DNA of 64,000 nt, from NCBI GenBank assembly GCA_040954595.2, contig CM082593.2:6603579-6667578 (forward strand). Direction: 5' to 3'. This stretch comes from Balanoglossus misakiensis. Taxonomy: Eukaryota > Animalia > Hemichordata. Made by a program: the position numbers and the translations under genes. The first letter of the stretch is position 1. Each line of letters begins with the position of its first letter. Below the pieces are notes generated by a model that was not told the origin of the DNA, searched no databases, and saw only the letters and a list, made by a program, of their open reading frames with translations. Positions 12,800-29,732 of the stretch are shown piece after piece.

Positions 12800-13834
12800 A
12801 TGAACGGAACCACAGCCGACTACCAAATCGAAGTCCGTCTCCCGCAAACATGGGCAACGCTTGTGACAGGAATTGTAGAAGTACTCTTTTCAATCGTGGC
12901 ACTCTTTGACAACTTGCTTTTCATATGCGCCGTCCTGATGAAGAAGAAATTGCGGACTTTGGCGAATGCGTTTCTGGTCAACCTCAGCCTATCAGACATC
13001 TTCGCCGTGGTTTTCGTTGCCTCGTTCGCCATCGACTCCTACTTTCACCGCAAGTGGAATTTTGGACACTCGCTGTGCATCGCTCATAACATTTTCCACC
13101 CAGCGTCACATAGCTTATCACTGTACTTGACGGCTTTCATCGCGATCAATCGCTACATCTACGTGGTCCACAACAAAATCTACCGCCGGATAACCAACAA
13201 ATTCACGGTCACCGCAGCCATGATACTAGCCTGGGCCTTTCCTTTTAGCATGTGTAGTTTCGTTATGTGGAAAGGGGCGACGTATAATCCACCAGCGTTC
13301 CGTTGCCGTGCTTTCGTTCCTGTAATGTATATCGGTATGTTAGTTTACCTGCCCAGCCTGATAACTGTAATCTTGTATGTCTTGATTTTCATCTACGTGC
13401 GCCAAAGCCGTAAGCGTGTCCATTCCCACCATGCTGCAAACACTGGAACAGATCACGGACCAAGCCCACAAGAAGTCCGAATGCTGAAGGTTCTTGCAGT
13501 TATTTTCTTTCTGATTTTCATAGGATATCTGCCGTATTCCATCACCATAGACGTGTACTCCCTGCTGGGCGTACATCCACCACCTGAACCGTTCATCCTA
13601 ATGTATCCGTGCATACACATCGCCGGGGTTTTAAACCCCATTCTTTACGGAGCATGCAACAAGAATTTCAGTGCAGCGTACGGAGAAATCCTGACGGGAA
13701 AGTTGTTCTTCAAGCCAACATCCTCCGACGTTCCGTCTAATGAAGTACATATAGTGGTAAATGCTGTTTCACCAAATCAGATGGTATCATCTTCTGATGG
13801 CAGAGGTGGTCAAACGGCATCTTCATCTGCCTGA
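12800..13834 (+). CDS. Class A GPCR (melatonin-receptor-like), copy 3, open frame of 344 aa
   Basis: Paralog of copies 1 and 2 with AINRY, GYLPY and LNPILY. The TM1 GN motif is changed to DN. Confidence 0.87.
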   Translation: MNGTTADYQIEVRLPQTWATLVTGIVEVLFSIVALFDNLLFICAVLMKKKLRTLANAFLVNLSLSDIFAVVFVASFAIDSYFHRKWNFGHSLCIAHNIFHPASHSLSLYLTAFIAINRYIYVVHNKIYRRITNKFTVTAAMILAWAFPFSMCSFVMWKGATYNPPAFRCRAFVPVMYIGMLVYLPSLITVILYVLIFIYVRQSRKRVHSHHAANTGTDHGPSPQEVRMLKVLAVIFFLIFIGYLPYSITIDVYSLLGVHPPPEPFILMYPCIHIAGVLNPILYGACNKNFSAAYGEILTGKLFFKPTSSDVPSNEVHIVVNAVSPNQMVSSSDGRGGQTASSSA

Positions 13835-14272
13835 AGAAATACACGCACGTTCGATTTGTGTTTTGGGAAACTTGGAGGAATTGTGATATTTGTACCTTGA
13901 AGACCCGAGCCTAAAACCACGACAAAAAGCCTGTCTCCTCCAATACTGAAAAATGCAAAGAACTAAATCGGACAAAGAAAAAAAAAAAGCTGGGAAATAT
14001 TTTAAATATATGGAGGAGAGGAAATTTTAACACTTTATAGAAGAGTTGTTATTGTGAAAGTTCTAGGTATTTCACAAATTTTGTACTTATATGATGTAAT
14101 TTAAAGTTCAGTTCATTATTCAAGTATATGTATTGCGATCATTAATTGGCGGAATTATTAACCTAAAGAACGTTTACATCTTATGTAAATTAGTGGTATA
14201 TGTTGTGGCATGTGACTGATTTAAACTTCTTGAAACATGACTTCGTGTGTTTTAACTTTTCATCCAGTTGGA

Positions 14273-14890
14273 CTAAATACCACTGGCATTGCAATGATTT
14301 GTTGTAGCCAACTTTTATCTGCAGAGAGTAAGTAACTTGCATTTCCGTAGAAATAAAAATATAGCCAACATATGCCTTGCGTTGTATATTCTTATGACAG
14401 AACTCCATTATTTCACCTTCAATACTACACGCTTGATTTTCCCGTAATAAAGTAACTACAATTGCCAAAAGCCGGCACTATATCAAAAGCAATATCTTTC
14501 TGTGTTAGTAGGCCATCCATTAAGAAGAGATCACGACTCATCCCTAGCCTTCAGGCCGATGGAAGGCAGTTGTCGCTTCTTAACGAGGAGAATTAACTCG
14601 CAGCGTATCGTTGACTAGAAAACCGAAGAATAAACGTTTATGCGGGAGAGTTGTATCTAATTGCACAGGGTGTGAGCTACGATATCGCATTTGGGAGTTT
14701 TTCGTTAATAATAAAACTGAAAAATCGCACAAACTTTGTAAATTTCGAATAGTATGTGTGATGGTACAATATCCTACCCGAAGCTTGTTGGAGAGAAGCC
14801 GCTTCTTAACGAGAAAAAAAGTTACCTGAGGCCACGATCTCTCCAAGTGTCGAAGAAATTAATTTACCAGAAGCTGAATCCTCACAGTAT
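14273..14890 (-). repeat. Right arm of the long inverted repeat (partner 6608-7164)
   Basis: Reverse complement of the region upstream of GPCR copy 1 with scattered substitutions and indels; lies between the copy 3 3' end and the CatSper3 promoter. Confidence 0.85.
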
Positions 14891-15355
14891 GGTCCCTTTC
14901 AAAAGCCTAATCATGTAATAGTCGGCGCCTAATCGAACACACGCGGAATTGTGGGTAATGCGCTATTCTAAGAACTCTGCTGATGTGGACGACGTGATTG
15001 GCTGAAAATATTGACTAATTTGCATAATTCGTAATGGAACTCTGCTTGGAGACTGGAATGTTTACTGGCTGTACTCTGCGCCCCGGTTCGAAACTTGACA
15101 GCGTTAACGTCACGGTCTGTTCATACCCATCACTACCAGAAACAACATTCATCTATAACTGCTGGGAATATATGAGAACGGCGACGAGTTGAAAATCAAG
15201 AACAGTCGAAGCGACAAAACAGCCGTACCCAAGAAAACGTTGCTGCTCGCGAATGTCGAACGAGAACGGTGCGCGCCGGGAGACGCTTGAATTGTTCTCA
15301 GTCTGACATCCTCGCAAAAGAGTGTTAGTTTTATTCCTTATGCTGTTGGGGGAAA

Positions 15356-17970
<2,615 letters not shown>

Positions 17971-20900
17971 TTTGACTGTTGCATTGAGGCACGTTTCATT
18001 AAAAAATAATTCAAACTGTGTAGTTTATCTGATATGACAATTCTGATATCCGTCCAATATAGTTGAAAAAAGTACTGTTGTGGCAAATTGCATGCACTTT
18101 CCGTGGTCAGGGCCGATGTTTCTAGCCGTTATTTCAACATGAATACTAGTACTTGATGAATTAGAGATAAGCTTGGTTCCAAGGTTTACAAGTAGACCAA
18201 ACCAGAATAATATTACAGTGTAATATACGTACAGTGTACGCACTTAATACGCTGTTGGTAGTAGTTCATACATTTTAACACGCAATGGGACAGGGTTGTC
18301 TGCGGAATAGTGGACTGGCGGCCGTTACTTTATATTCGGCGCGACCCGTTCTCCATGCGTTTGTTGCCATGGGAGACGCGCTGGGAACGCCATGACGCAG
18401 AGTCAGGGGAAGGGTTAGGGCGCCGCGGGACAGCTTTCCTGTTGAAAGAAAGGGTCACTTTGACTTTCAGTCACCCTCGACAGGGCCCCTCGTCACAGAA
18501 ATATTAGGCCGGGCGTTTAAACGTGGACAACTTGGCAGTTCCCGAATGAATGTATCGACAGCAAAGTCGAGTCGCCCAGCACCCCGTTACGGCCGCCATG
18601 TTACTTCTGAAGACAAGGTCCCCTTTGTGTAGAATAATTCAAAGTTGCCCGTCTGAACCCGCCCTTTGAGTTTTATTCCACTGTTCCGCTATCATGCCAT
18701 TGCGACAGCCACTTCAGCGTTTTAAAAGAGTCTTTCAGACCGAAAAAAACAAGATAATAAAACCCAGAGTGTTTCCATTGTTCAAACTGTACCGCGCGCG
18801 CGCCATCATTCGTTCAGGTGTGCAAAAGGGAGCCCCCACCCGACCACTTTCCTACAGGGCCTTTGTTTTTATTGTTGTCAGATACCTGTTCGCTGCTATG
18901 GTGCGTTCTACGGGAAACCACAACCACGCGGTCTTTGGACGGTGTTTGCATAGACATCTGCGCGTGTGCTTTTCGGTGATAGTTGAATTCGAATATGACA
19001 AGCCAAATCAAGAAATACTATTTATGATACTTCACATTGATTGAATTATTATGGCAAGCTTGTACACAAATGACTAATATTAATAAACTTATAGTTCATA
19101 GTCCTTTTCGACTCACAATGGCTAGAGAAGGCATATTCGTAATCTCTTTATAATCAGCAATAGAGAATGGCTTCGTCGCTTTCATGTGTTGTAAATAAAC
19201 ATTACGGATACGTGTCACGTTTTCTGCAATGTTGGTTTAAAAATTCCCTGTACGATCTTTTTTAACAAAAATGACAAAATAATAAATAATCTGAACAAAA
19301 TAGAACAACAAAATTAAACACAAACATATATCAATGATTCGGATTTACTACGGGAAGATATATGTAAATTTTCTCCATCATCGCTCATCGTAGAATCCCT
19401 GGCAATTCGTCATCACGAACTCTTGTGATTCAATTCGAGAAAATGATACACCAAGCCCCATTCACGTTTTCAGTGAGTAGTGGCGAAGTTAGTATTTCTA
19501 ACTTCGCAAGATGCAAATAGCGATATTTATTGTCTGAACTCAAACAACGGTGACGTCATGCTTTGTGATCTGGGGGAGTTACTGGTGTTTCCCCCAGCTT
19601 TGGCGGGACATCAAATTGCTTCTAAGCGAACAATCTGTTCGGTCTCCATCGGCCGTGGTGAGATTTCCCGCGACTTTGATTGCCACGGTGACATATTCGA
19701 TTTCTGCGCCGAAGCGTCGCCTGCGTATGAGGCCGCCCAACTGACGTTACTGAAATCGGCTGGGATGTTACTGTTCACGTGCGCGGTTGTTGATACTGGT
19801 ATATCGACTACATCTTACCGACTGTAGCTAATGTTTGCTTCGACGTTTAAAAAAATCCATTAAGTTATCTATTGCATCTAAAATGCAAATTAGTCCGTTA
19901 GTCGGTGGGTTGGCAGAACATTGGTTCGCCAATGTCATTAAGGTCAGTAAAAGCACATAGACACGCCCTATTTTATTTGCCTTGCTGCAGCTGCGGCTTG
20001 TATTTATTCTTGGCTGCAACCGAAGACAAAAATGGTTGCCATGTCAAAACAAATATGCCAACGTTCTTACCGGTGAAATACCGTCTCTGAACGTTATGAA
20101 ATATGCGGCATCGTCATATCAAGTATGTGTTTTTTTTCCGAAATAAATAGGAGAGAGGCTTTCGTCCTCGACGCTGTACTTAAATGATCTAGGGGAGCCC
20201 TTGACCCGAAACGTTCAAATCAAAGGTACAGCTGTTTGGACTTGTGCGTCGCTTTTTTGATGAAATGTGTTATTTACAAACATGAAAGTCACACGGACTC
20301 AGTTTTAACGATGGCCGATGGCATCTAACGGCTAATCCAACCAATGTTACGAGTGCATGTGGGTAGGCAGGCATGCACACATGGAAAGGAAATAACGGCA
20401 AATTTCACCCGATATTTATGAAAATGTCTTATGTACGTAAGGACAGAAAATGGATAGAAAAGCGTCGTTGTATAGGGCCATCTTCAAATCATGTTTTGGG
20501 GAGGAAGTAATATGACGTTCAACATTACGCTAAACCCCACCCTTAACCCCTCTGGCACTAATTTTTGGATGTTCCCTAAGCAAGGGATGTCCTTAGTAGA
20601 AGATGATTTCGGCTTGGGGACTTACAGGAGCCTCGCTGATAAAATATGTACAACAGTAAGTTGCTGTACCAAGCTGTTTTGTCAAATGTCACAGACCAGG
20701 GGGAATTGCTTGCAAGGTGCATTCCATTGTCCATGGCGTTTGTTACAAGAACGCATCTACGCGTCCACCGGATCATGGACGTGGTGGCTGTATATCGTGC
20801 ACTAGTCGATTTTTTTCCGGCTACTCCTAAATACACTGCAGTGATTGTCACCTCACATTAAACGACATATACGGTGTTAACAATGGCAAAAATTAAACAT

Positions 20901-23900
20901 CATTGACTGACGTTCACAATCCCTGCAATGCGCCTCGTATTGACGATGAAAATTTGAACTTGGGTGTGTCCAGGGTGTAGTCTGTACTCAGTAAACTGTG
21001 GGTAACGCGCAATGCACTGTGGAACTGAAAGAGGGGGGGGGGGGACATTGTGTTTGGCCTCAATTCACCGTAGCCTTGGGGCCAAAACCTTCTCCAGCCA
21101 TGCATGGTATAGTGCAACTTCGTGAGATCCTGTATTCGCGTCATAGCACCGTTGACGCAGTATTTCTTTTCAGTCTTACAATATGATAACGAAACCCCAC
21201 GCGGTAAATTACAAATACAGTGAGAGAGAAATATTGCTCCGTTCCTAATATTTTCCGGAAACTCCTATAAAAACTTTGAAAGGCCGGAAAACGGGCATTG
21301 TGGACACGGTCTCATGAGGGCGCGTTCTCCCATCCTTGACTCTCGGGATGAATAGTGACGTCGCCCCACCTGTAGGGGTGTCATATGACAGTAGTACGTT
21401 ACTGTCAACGCTATAACATTGACAGATGACCCTACATTGGCCTGCGGTGACACAAATGCTCCCCTAAGCCATCCCTGCACGCCGATTTAACAAATATTAG
21501 TTCGCGTTCCATCCGTCAACTTTGGGGGTGACTGTATTAGCGGCGCAGCTGCGGGGCTCCTCTCGCCGCTACGGGGACAACTGCCACACACAAAACTCAA
21601 GCGCACATTGTGATTCTCAAGGAACTTCTGTGTGATTAAACAGTGATTAGATGTCCTTCGTCATCTGTTCTATAATAACAATCCGTGCGTTCAATTTACG
21701 ACAAAACTGACAGCACAAAACTTTATCACATTCCCTCCGCAGTCCAGCAGAAAACTGTCGAGAGTCCGAAATTCGAACATTTGACGCACTGTCAACACAA
21801 GCTTTCATCGGCCACAAACTTCAAGGCTCGCGCAACCATGACCGCCCCAACTGTTGATTTACTCGCCGGACAAATTATGTACAGCAATTATATGGTAATT
21901 ACAAAGCAATGATGAAGGCACAAAAACGGAGAGTATATTCAGTACTTCCGAGAAAATCCATCTCGGTTTAAAGTTAATACAGTCGGTATTGTTGATTGAA
22001 ATACTAGTACGTTAACGCATATATAAATGTCTAGGTGATTGATCGCTTATGTCTCCGAAAATTGTTCTTGATTTTTTTTTTAAATCGCAATTAACAGAAT
22101 AATCTTCAATCGAGGAAAATGTTATACATGTACTAAAAACACTGACTATAACATCATCAAACATCTAGGCCAGTTATATGATATGCGGCAACTTCTGAAC
22201 CAAAAAGTTAACCTAAAGAAATTTAAGTTTTTCACACTATCTCACTCCAAATGTCGAAATCGTGTAAATAGCCATGTTTTGGTCAGTATAATAAAATGGG
22301 GGGAATTTTCGGGTCTCAGTTCGGGTCTCAGATTTTTTTTTAAGAATTGTTCTTGGCGTTTTAAATGCGGGCAGTAGGTAGCTCACGATGTACCAGAAAA
22401 ATACCAGGTACGTGATTTCATTGGAGAAGTTTCACAATGGCGGTCGCTGACGGGGGCAAAAACAGACGTCGCGGATGTCAACACTTACACGGGCTTTTAA
22501 ATTCCACTTGCAGGACACCATAACGAGATTCGAATTCACCCCAGTGTTTATATGCGCCGATAAACAAACGCTGTGTCAGTTTTGGCTGGTCGGACAATCG
22601 CTCCTCCGTCACGCCATCTTATACACACATGTGCGCGTTCTGCTCGGCAGATCACACGAGATCGCGGTCAACACGAAGGCTTTGAACGCTGACCACCTGT
22701 GAACACCCCCCAACACTACAGATGCCGACTACGGGTGACTATACGCCAGCAAAGTTAAGCCGTCCGTTAAAAAGCGCCCCTTGTCAAACATGATGGAGCT
22801 TCTTTGACGAACGCAATCAACCGACGACGGTGAATGGTCGAGTTTATTTATAATCCACTTCGGGACAAGTTATCTTTCAGTGGAGAATCACCGAAGAATG
22901 GTTGTCGTTCTGCGGTTCACGGGTTTTGTCGCTCGGAGCAATGGACGATGACTGATCATCGGACTACGCAGTGACGGAGATAGGCATCCAGTTCCCCCCC
23001 CCCCCCCCAACAATAGCTAAACGGTGACTGTTGATGTTTTAAATAAAATCGAAATACAGTGACCTGAAAAGACAGAGAACTTGACGAGGCGCGGACATTG
23101 TATTGTTCCGCGTGACCAGTGATCCAAAACTCAATCTAGCGTCACATGACAAGTTCGCGAGGATATTGCCTTCTAGATTTCAAGAAGAAAAAAAAAAACG
23201 TTTCTATGCCTACCATTCATTTTAGCTGCTCCCACTTCTGTCGTTCAAAAGTGCCATAGTGGAGTCTTTTACGCAGACGAAGACCGGAATTCTGAAAGAG
23301 AAAGACGGATATATAGATTCAATGCGGACAGAAAAAGAGAATACATCATATACTATACCAGAATGTATATATGGGTCTATGGACTGAGAGACAAACATTA
23401 GAGACATGGGCAAATGGCCGTTTGAAATGAAAGAATAAAATCGACAATATTTTGCATTCGTCAGAAGATAATTTGATTTACGTATATCATTTAATGCGAC
23501 TCTTCAATTTGGTTTCTTTGGTCAAATAACAGAGAGATCGGGTATAAACACTCTCTTCGCTTTTGCTTCAGGTTTCCCCAAGGTTTTAAGATCACTGGTC
23601 CTAATTTTGGCCCGCTGAATATTTCAAGCGAATGAAAATTTTAAATAAGACAACCGATATAGTTCTCCACGGCTGAACGTTTTAATTGTTTTGGATTTTA
23701 GAAGGGGGTTCTGTTCACACTCGGATTCACACCAACACGCCAAACTTTAACATTTTTGCCACCGTCCTTTCACTGGGCGGTCAAGTGCAACGCCAATTAC
23801 TTGGATTAATGGAGCCGAGACGCAGATTCGGAAGAGTGCTTTTGTAGCGAAAACTGCCGAGAGTGAATCGTGAATAGCAAATTATCTTATAATGGACGCC

Positions 23901-26762
23901 AGGTCGACTTGGGCTCGTTTGATGTGGCCGATAAGTGTTTACGGCCAAATTAGAGAAGCGACATACATTTGCATAATGAATCGGGGACGTGTGCCCTATT
24001 CTTTCCTTGTTGTTTTAGAGGACACTTATTACGAATACTAGCCAGTGGCATCGACAGTTTTGAAAAGTGAAGGTGACAAAAACGGATCAGGGTTTCGCGG
24101 CTTAACTGCGACAAAAAGCAGGCATGTCTTTCACGTTTAGTTTACATTCACTCGAGTTAAGTTACCAAGTGTGGTCATTTCCTCAATCCGTTTGTTGTTT
24201 CGAGAATGCACTCACAAGAAACAAATGAAAAACAAACCGAGGTGACAATGGCTTCGTTAGAATAATTGCTCCTATCCGCTTGCCCAATGTCCAAACATTT
24301 TAATTAAGGGCGATTGTATTGTTATTGACTATTTGCGGAAAACAATTAATGGTAATTAAGCCCAAACCATAGGCACGCGTGCTCCTTATGCAGTACGCTT
24401 TGTTTTGCAAACGATAGTCCACGGGGGACTGTAGCGCACGACAGTTACTTGGTGGTCTTTTTCGAATTCGCGCCTTTTTATTGCATTTCCCTTGGGAAAA
24501 TAATGCTCGTTGTTATATGTAGATAAAATTGGACTGTCGAAAAAATGTTTTTTTTTTCTTTTATAAATTTGCTTTGAAATTGGTTATCTCTTGTACGATT
24601 ATCGAAGAACGGCAACTCTATGAAAGTTAAGAAATTATCACACGAAACGATCTTTTCAATCAAAGTTATTGCGGGATTTCTCATACAATAAAAAAAGCAC
24701 GAACAATGAATCAAATGTACCAAATTTAGAAAGACGACTGTATTTAAACAATTTTCCTTTTTAAAATTAACAAACCTGGCAGCCACAGTGTGATTGTTCG
24801 GGTTTGTTAAGGTTACAGTCAGGGTCATTGTTGAAGAACACAAATTCATTGAATACACAATTGGAAGTTGACTTCGTACTGAACAAAATTATTGTTTCAG
24901 ATAACAATATTACTTATAACACGTGTTATTATCATCGTGATCATGAGTTTGGTGCTGGCATCGTACATGAACGGCCATTGTTTGAACGCTCAATGCCACA
25001 CCGAGTTGTTTAAGTTCCAGTGACTCCAACTTTGGGCTATTTTCTCAGTACATGTATTTATGTTTTGAGTATCGCTTGTTTTTAGTTTAACTCTGTGAAG
25101 CATAAAGAATTGCCCAGTACTTGATTTTTCAACACAGCCATTTTGTAGTAATCAGCACTATTGTTGTTGAATATTGAACCAATCCACAGCCAAAAGTTAG
25201 AGTTACTGTGGCCATAAATCCAACAGCTTCGCAAAAAAAGTCAAGAAACCTTGCGAACAGGTGACAGCAACGGGACAGACGATGATGATTGGGGTAAGTG
25301 AGGAAACCCCCTGCGCGCGCAGGTACAACAGACTGTTCTTGTGGCCGTTCTCACACCACACGCGACCAAACGACATAATTTGGCGGTCATCAAACCGTCC
25401 GGCTAACCATCTGAGGAAGAATGTCGTTTGGTCAAATCCGCGGTGATGACGCTTGACTACTATGATCGGTTAACGACAATGGTTCCCGGGAAGTCCCCCG
25501 GGGCAGTGTCTGAGTTGAAAATTGCAGGAGACGGTTTAATGATCAAGATAATGCCAGCTTTGTCTCTTTTTTTTCCTTGTGTGATGAGGCAATTCTTCAG
25601 TCAGTTGGCAGTCTGAAAGGACTTTCTTGAGCAATCTAAGTTTGATTATTTTTAATGGGACTAATCATGTCGGTAACTAAAAAGTTCCAATTTACCGTCG
25701 AAGGTAAAAGGGTATTCAGCCCGACAACAATAAGAAGGAAACGAATACAGACTTGTAAGGAAAGTCGGAGGGTTGACATCTGATGAAAAATTGTGAGAGG
25801 AGAAACGCGCATATAAATGTCGCGCAGTGGCAAAATCTCTCAACATCATCCATGCTGTGTTGCTTGAACATCGCCACGCGCTTATTGATTTCATCCATTC
25901 ATGTCGTTTTTTGTCCGCCGAAGATATGTCGCCACTTTTTATCTTGTCATGTCGTTCTGAGGGGGGGGGGGGGTTATTCATTCATTATCGTCACAAAAGA
26001 CGTGGCAAGTCCATCTCCTCCACGTCGAGTCACCATCAATTATTCACGACAGCAAAAAGATGAGACAAAAGCGGGTGACAAGAAGGACTTAGCGATGGCA
26101 TGGCATGGTGGCCGTGGATGTATCGGAAAATCGAAAGAAAAAAAACACCACACAGTGCAGGGGCACACGATCGCTTAAGCCAGACACGTGGCGCTGAGGC
26201 CAGTGCTATTGTACACAGACTTGGCCATCATCGATTTGATAATCCCATTGAAGTCCGAGTGCTGGCGTGTCCACAACACAATGCGGACTCGGACGTCGAT
26301 AGTTTCGTCCGGAAGAACATGCGATTATTGGTGTCGGTTGTTCGGATAGATCTGAATCTGCCGACATGTCGTTTGAAAAGTTGGTCGCTGGAGTAATAAC
26401 AAACTTTGAATAATCAATAGCAAAGACTGTCGTGGACGAGACAGAATCCGATTAAGTTAAATAAAATCCAGGATTTTGTCAATGCTCTCTTAAGAAACGC
26501 GATTCAGAGCGTATTTAGAAGTACATGTAATACCAAATGTAAACCTCGTCGTTACAGTTAACAATACAACGGTAAATCCGATCATTTGTCGCGAAATGAT
26601 CTTCGCAACTTTGTTTTGTACTTTGAAACGTGTGTGAAGTGTTTTCTCGGATCTCACCAATCGATTCGAGAACCGAACAGGCAAATATAGTGGTACGTTA
26701 GTTTCATTTACAGAATAAAAAAAAACTGCATCAGAGAAGTCAGTTGTCTAGCTTATCAGAAA

Positions 26763-26849
26763 TGGATGGATGGATGGATGGATGGATGGATGTATGTGGA
26801 TGGATGGATGGATGGATGGATGGATGGACGGACGGACGGACGGACGGAC
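26763..26849. repeat. (GGAT)n/(GGAC)n tetranucleotide microsatellite
   Basis: Directly visible. Confidence 0.95.
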
Positions 26850-29540
26850 ATAGGTATATTGTCATAGCTACTACAAACATTCAGTAAAATGTTTACTGTT
26901 TGTATCTGTTTGTTTAAAATATGGTCGTCTCGTTTAGGGAGCATATCGGGGAAAGTTCCTATACGCCCACTCATCTCACAAATCAATAAGCTTACGGAGG
27001 TCATTTCAATGAGGAAATAAATGAAACTCCGCTACGCAAAAGTCATTGTTCAAAATAATCGAAGATAGATTATAAAATTGACGGATACACATTTGTGTTG
27101 GAATCCGACTGAGGTGGTTTCTTTTGTCTGGGTGTATTCCACGAGTCGCGCGCGTGGCCGTCACGGATACCGTGACGAATTGATTAAATGATCTCCCTAT
27201 ACACATGCGTACATTTTACCCCGCGATGTTTATTGTTTCTCCACTATTGATCCGGGCGCGGCCGGTGTTGATCTCACCGACCGACAATAAGTGTCGCCGA
27301 CCGACAAAAAGTGTCATCAATATTTGACAAGATAATGCCCAATTAGCTCCCTTTTGTTTAATAACTGTCGCGGCAACCGCTGTTTTGCCGACTTGAAATG
27401 CTCGATACGCGTGCGATGTCGTACTCTTGACACGTTTGTGTGACGTAGCCAAACATGGCCGCGCACGTTTGTAGATTCTCTTTTTTTTCATCAAGGGAGT
27501 TCGATCGTGACGTCATATACCTAGCACCGACACCAAACATTAAACCTCTTGATGTCCAACATACCTATATTTACTAAAAAAATGAATATATTTTGAATCT
27601 ATTCGCACGGTTCAAATAATATATGGAAACATATTACACATTTCACCAATTTAGCACTTGGCCATAAGCAACGTACACGAATACAGTCTGGGGCCAAAGT
27701 TTTAGTAGGAAAGGCTTGGAGAAAAGCAGGGAGCGAAGATGAATGAAGACGTGAATTTGGAGAGGGGGGGGTGGGAGAGAGACCGAGACATAGAAGGGAA
27801 CGAATGACAGATAGTGAGACATGCAAATCTGTATGCAGTAATATAGAGAGACACACTGGCACAGATGAAACAGATTTTGTATTGTCAGTCTGAACAACAC
27901 ATCCATACAGCGCCCGACGCCTCTGACGTTGCCGTCACGCTGTTCTGCCTCTGGACGATCCATAAATATAATTTTCCGGCAATATCACGCTTATTCCAAG
28001 CGTTTCAAGCGTGGGACGTGTCCCGTTTGTTTTTACGATGATCACCGCAGGTAGATACGGCGTCCCGACGCTCTCTTTCGCGCCGAGGCAGCGCTGACGA
28101 CCTATACCCCCTACAAAAGAACTGACAGGTACCCATTGAATTCAGTACCCGTCGTTCGCTTCAACGGCAACATCCCGGGGCTTCGATCCTACCTTCTATT
28201 CGGGAAAATAATCAACACGACGCCCTCGGATGAATGAGGGAATGTCAAAAAAATGAAATGTGTGTTTAACAAAGTTTATCTTTAGGGGACGCCTTCTGTT
28301 ATCGCCATCAACAGTTTCTGTTATTGCGTGCACATATTTGACTAAAATACAAAAAATTGCATACTCCGACTGCAAACAACAAGGGCTGTTAAAAATCCTC
28401 ACTCTAATTATGGCTGCACGTAAAGAAACTGTTCATTTAGTTGAATTCTGTAGAAACACAGAAATGTTTTTTTGTTTCTACAGGGTGGTGCGTGAGCGGG
28501 TGATGTCTTCTCTCGCGATAAATCAATCACGGAGATGGAATATAGGCCTACACCCGCGCACCACCGCGCCCGGTCGTGCAACACTCGAAGAAGGACGGAA
28601 TCAAGAGCGGTGCCGGAGGATGTTGGCGGGGTGGCCACTGCGAAGTTCACGGGACACAAAGAAAAAATCTCGGAAAGGGCGCTTTGTTCCTCGTCGTGTA
28701 AAATTAAACGAAAAACATTCGGCCTTGTGTCGAAGTTGAAAGCGAGCGACCCAGGGATTGGAAGGAACTTCGCGCGACACGAGAAGAGAAGGCTTAGTCG
28801 AAGGAATATGTAATTAGGAAACGAAATAAAAAGAACAACGCGAACAAAAACGGCGAGAGAAGAAAGGCGCGCCCAGTAAAACAAAAAGACGACAAATGAC
28901 TTTTAAAGACGAATTCAATAGACCTACACAAGAACAATCAATTTCATTAATTATTGATTAGGAAGAAGTTTATTACAACACTGAGGCTATAGCTGTCACA
29001 ACGGAAGTTGAGAAGATTTTTTTTTGTTATACATGTAGTAGAGAAACACTCGACTCGTTGAATGACTAATGAGCTTTGCGCGAATCACATCCATATTATT
29101 TCTCTCTCGGTTTGTTACCACTGAGCTTATGGTTTCCGAGCTCTCTTTCAAAAGTGGAGAGAATCCATCGACCGAGAGGCCAGCAAATTGACGATAAAAA
29201 TGCCTAAATGTTGAAAATCCGGAATTTTAATTCCCACTCACGTGATAGCCACAATTTATTCTAAACACGTAAAAGGCATCTTGCGGGTCGGTCCGGGTGT
29301 ACGCGGCTTGGGAACAATTTGAGACTGGGCAAGGTCGGATTTCGCGCAACTGAATGAATAAAAATTATGAAAAATGTTCTTTCAAAGGAGACAATAGAAC
29401 GAATTTGAGCTGGATCAGCGATCATCAAAAGTCCGTAACGGATGAAGAAAGAAGTTTCACTGATCAATGGATCAAGAAAGTAATCCATATTTCTCTTCGA
29501 GTTTTATTTACAAAGTGATAAATCTTGAATTAACAAAAAA

Positions 29541-29544
29541 GATG

Positions 29545-29633
<89 letters not shown>

Positions 29634-29669
29634 ATGATGATGATGATGATGATGATGATGATGGTCTTC

Positions 29670-29732
<63 letters not shown>

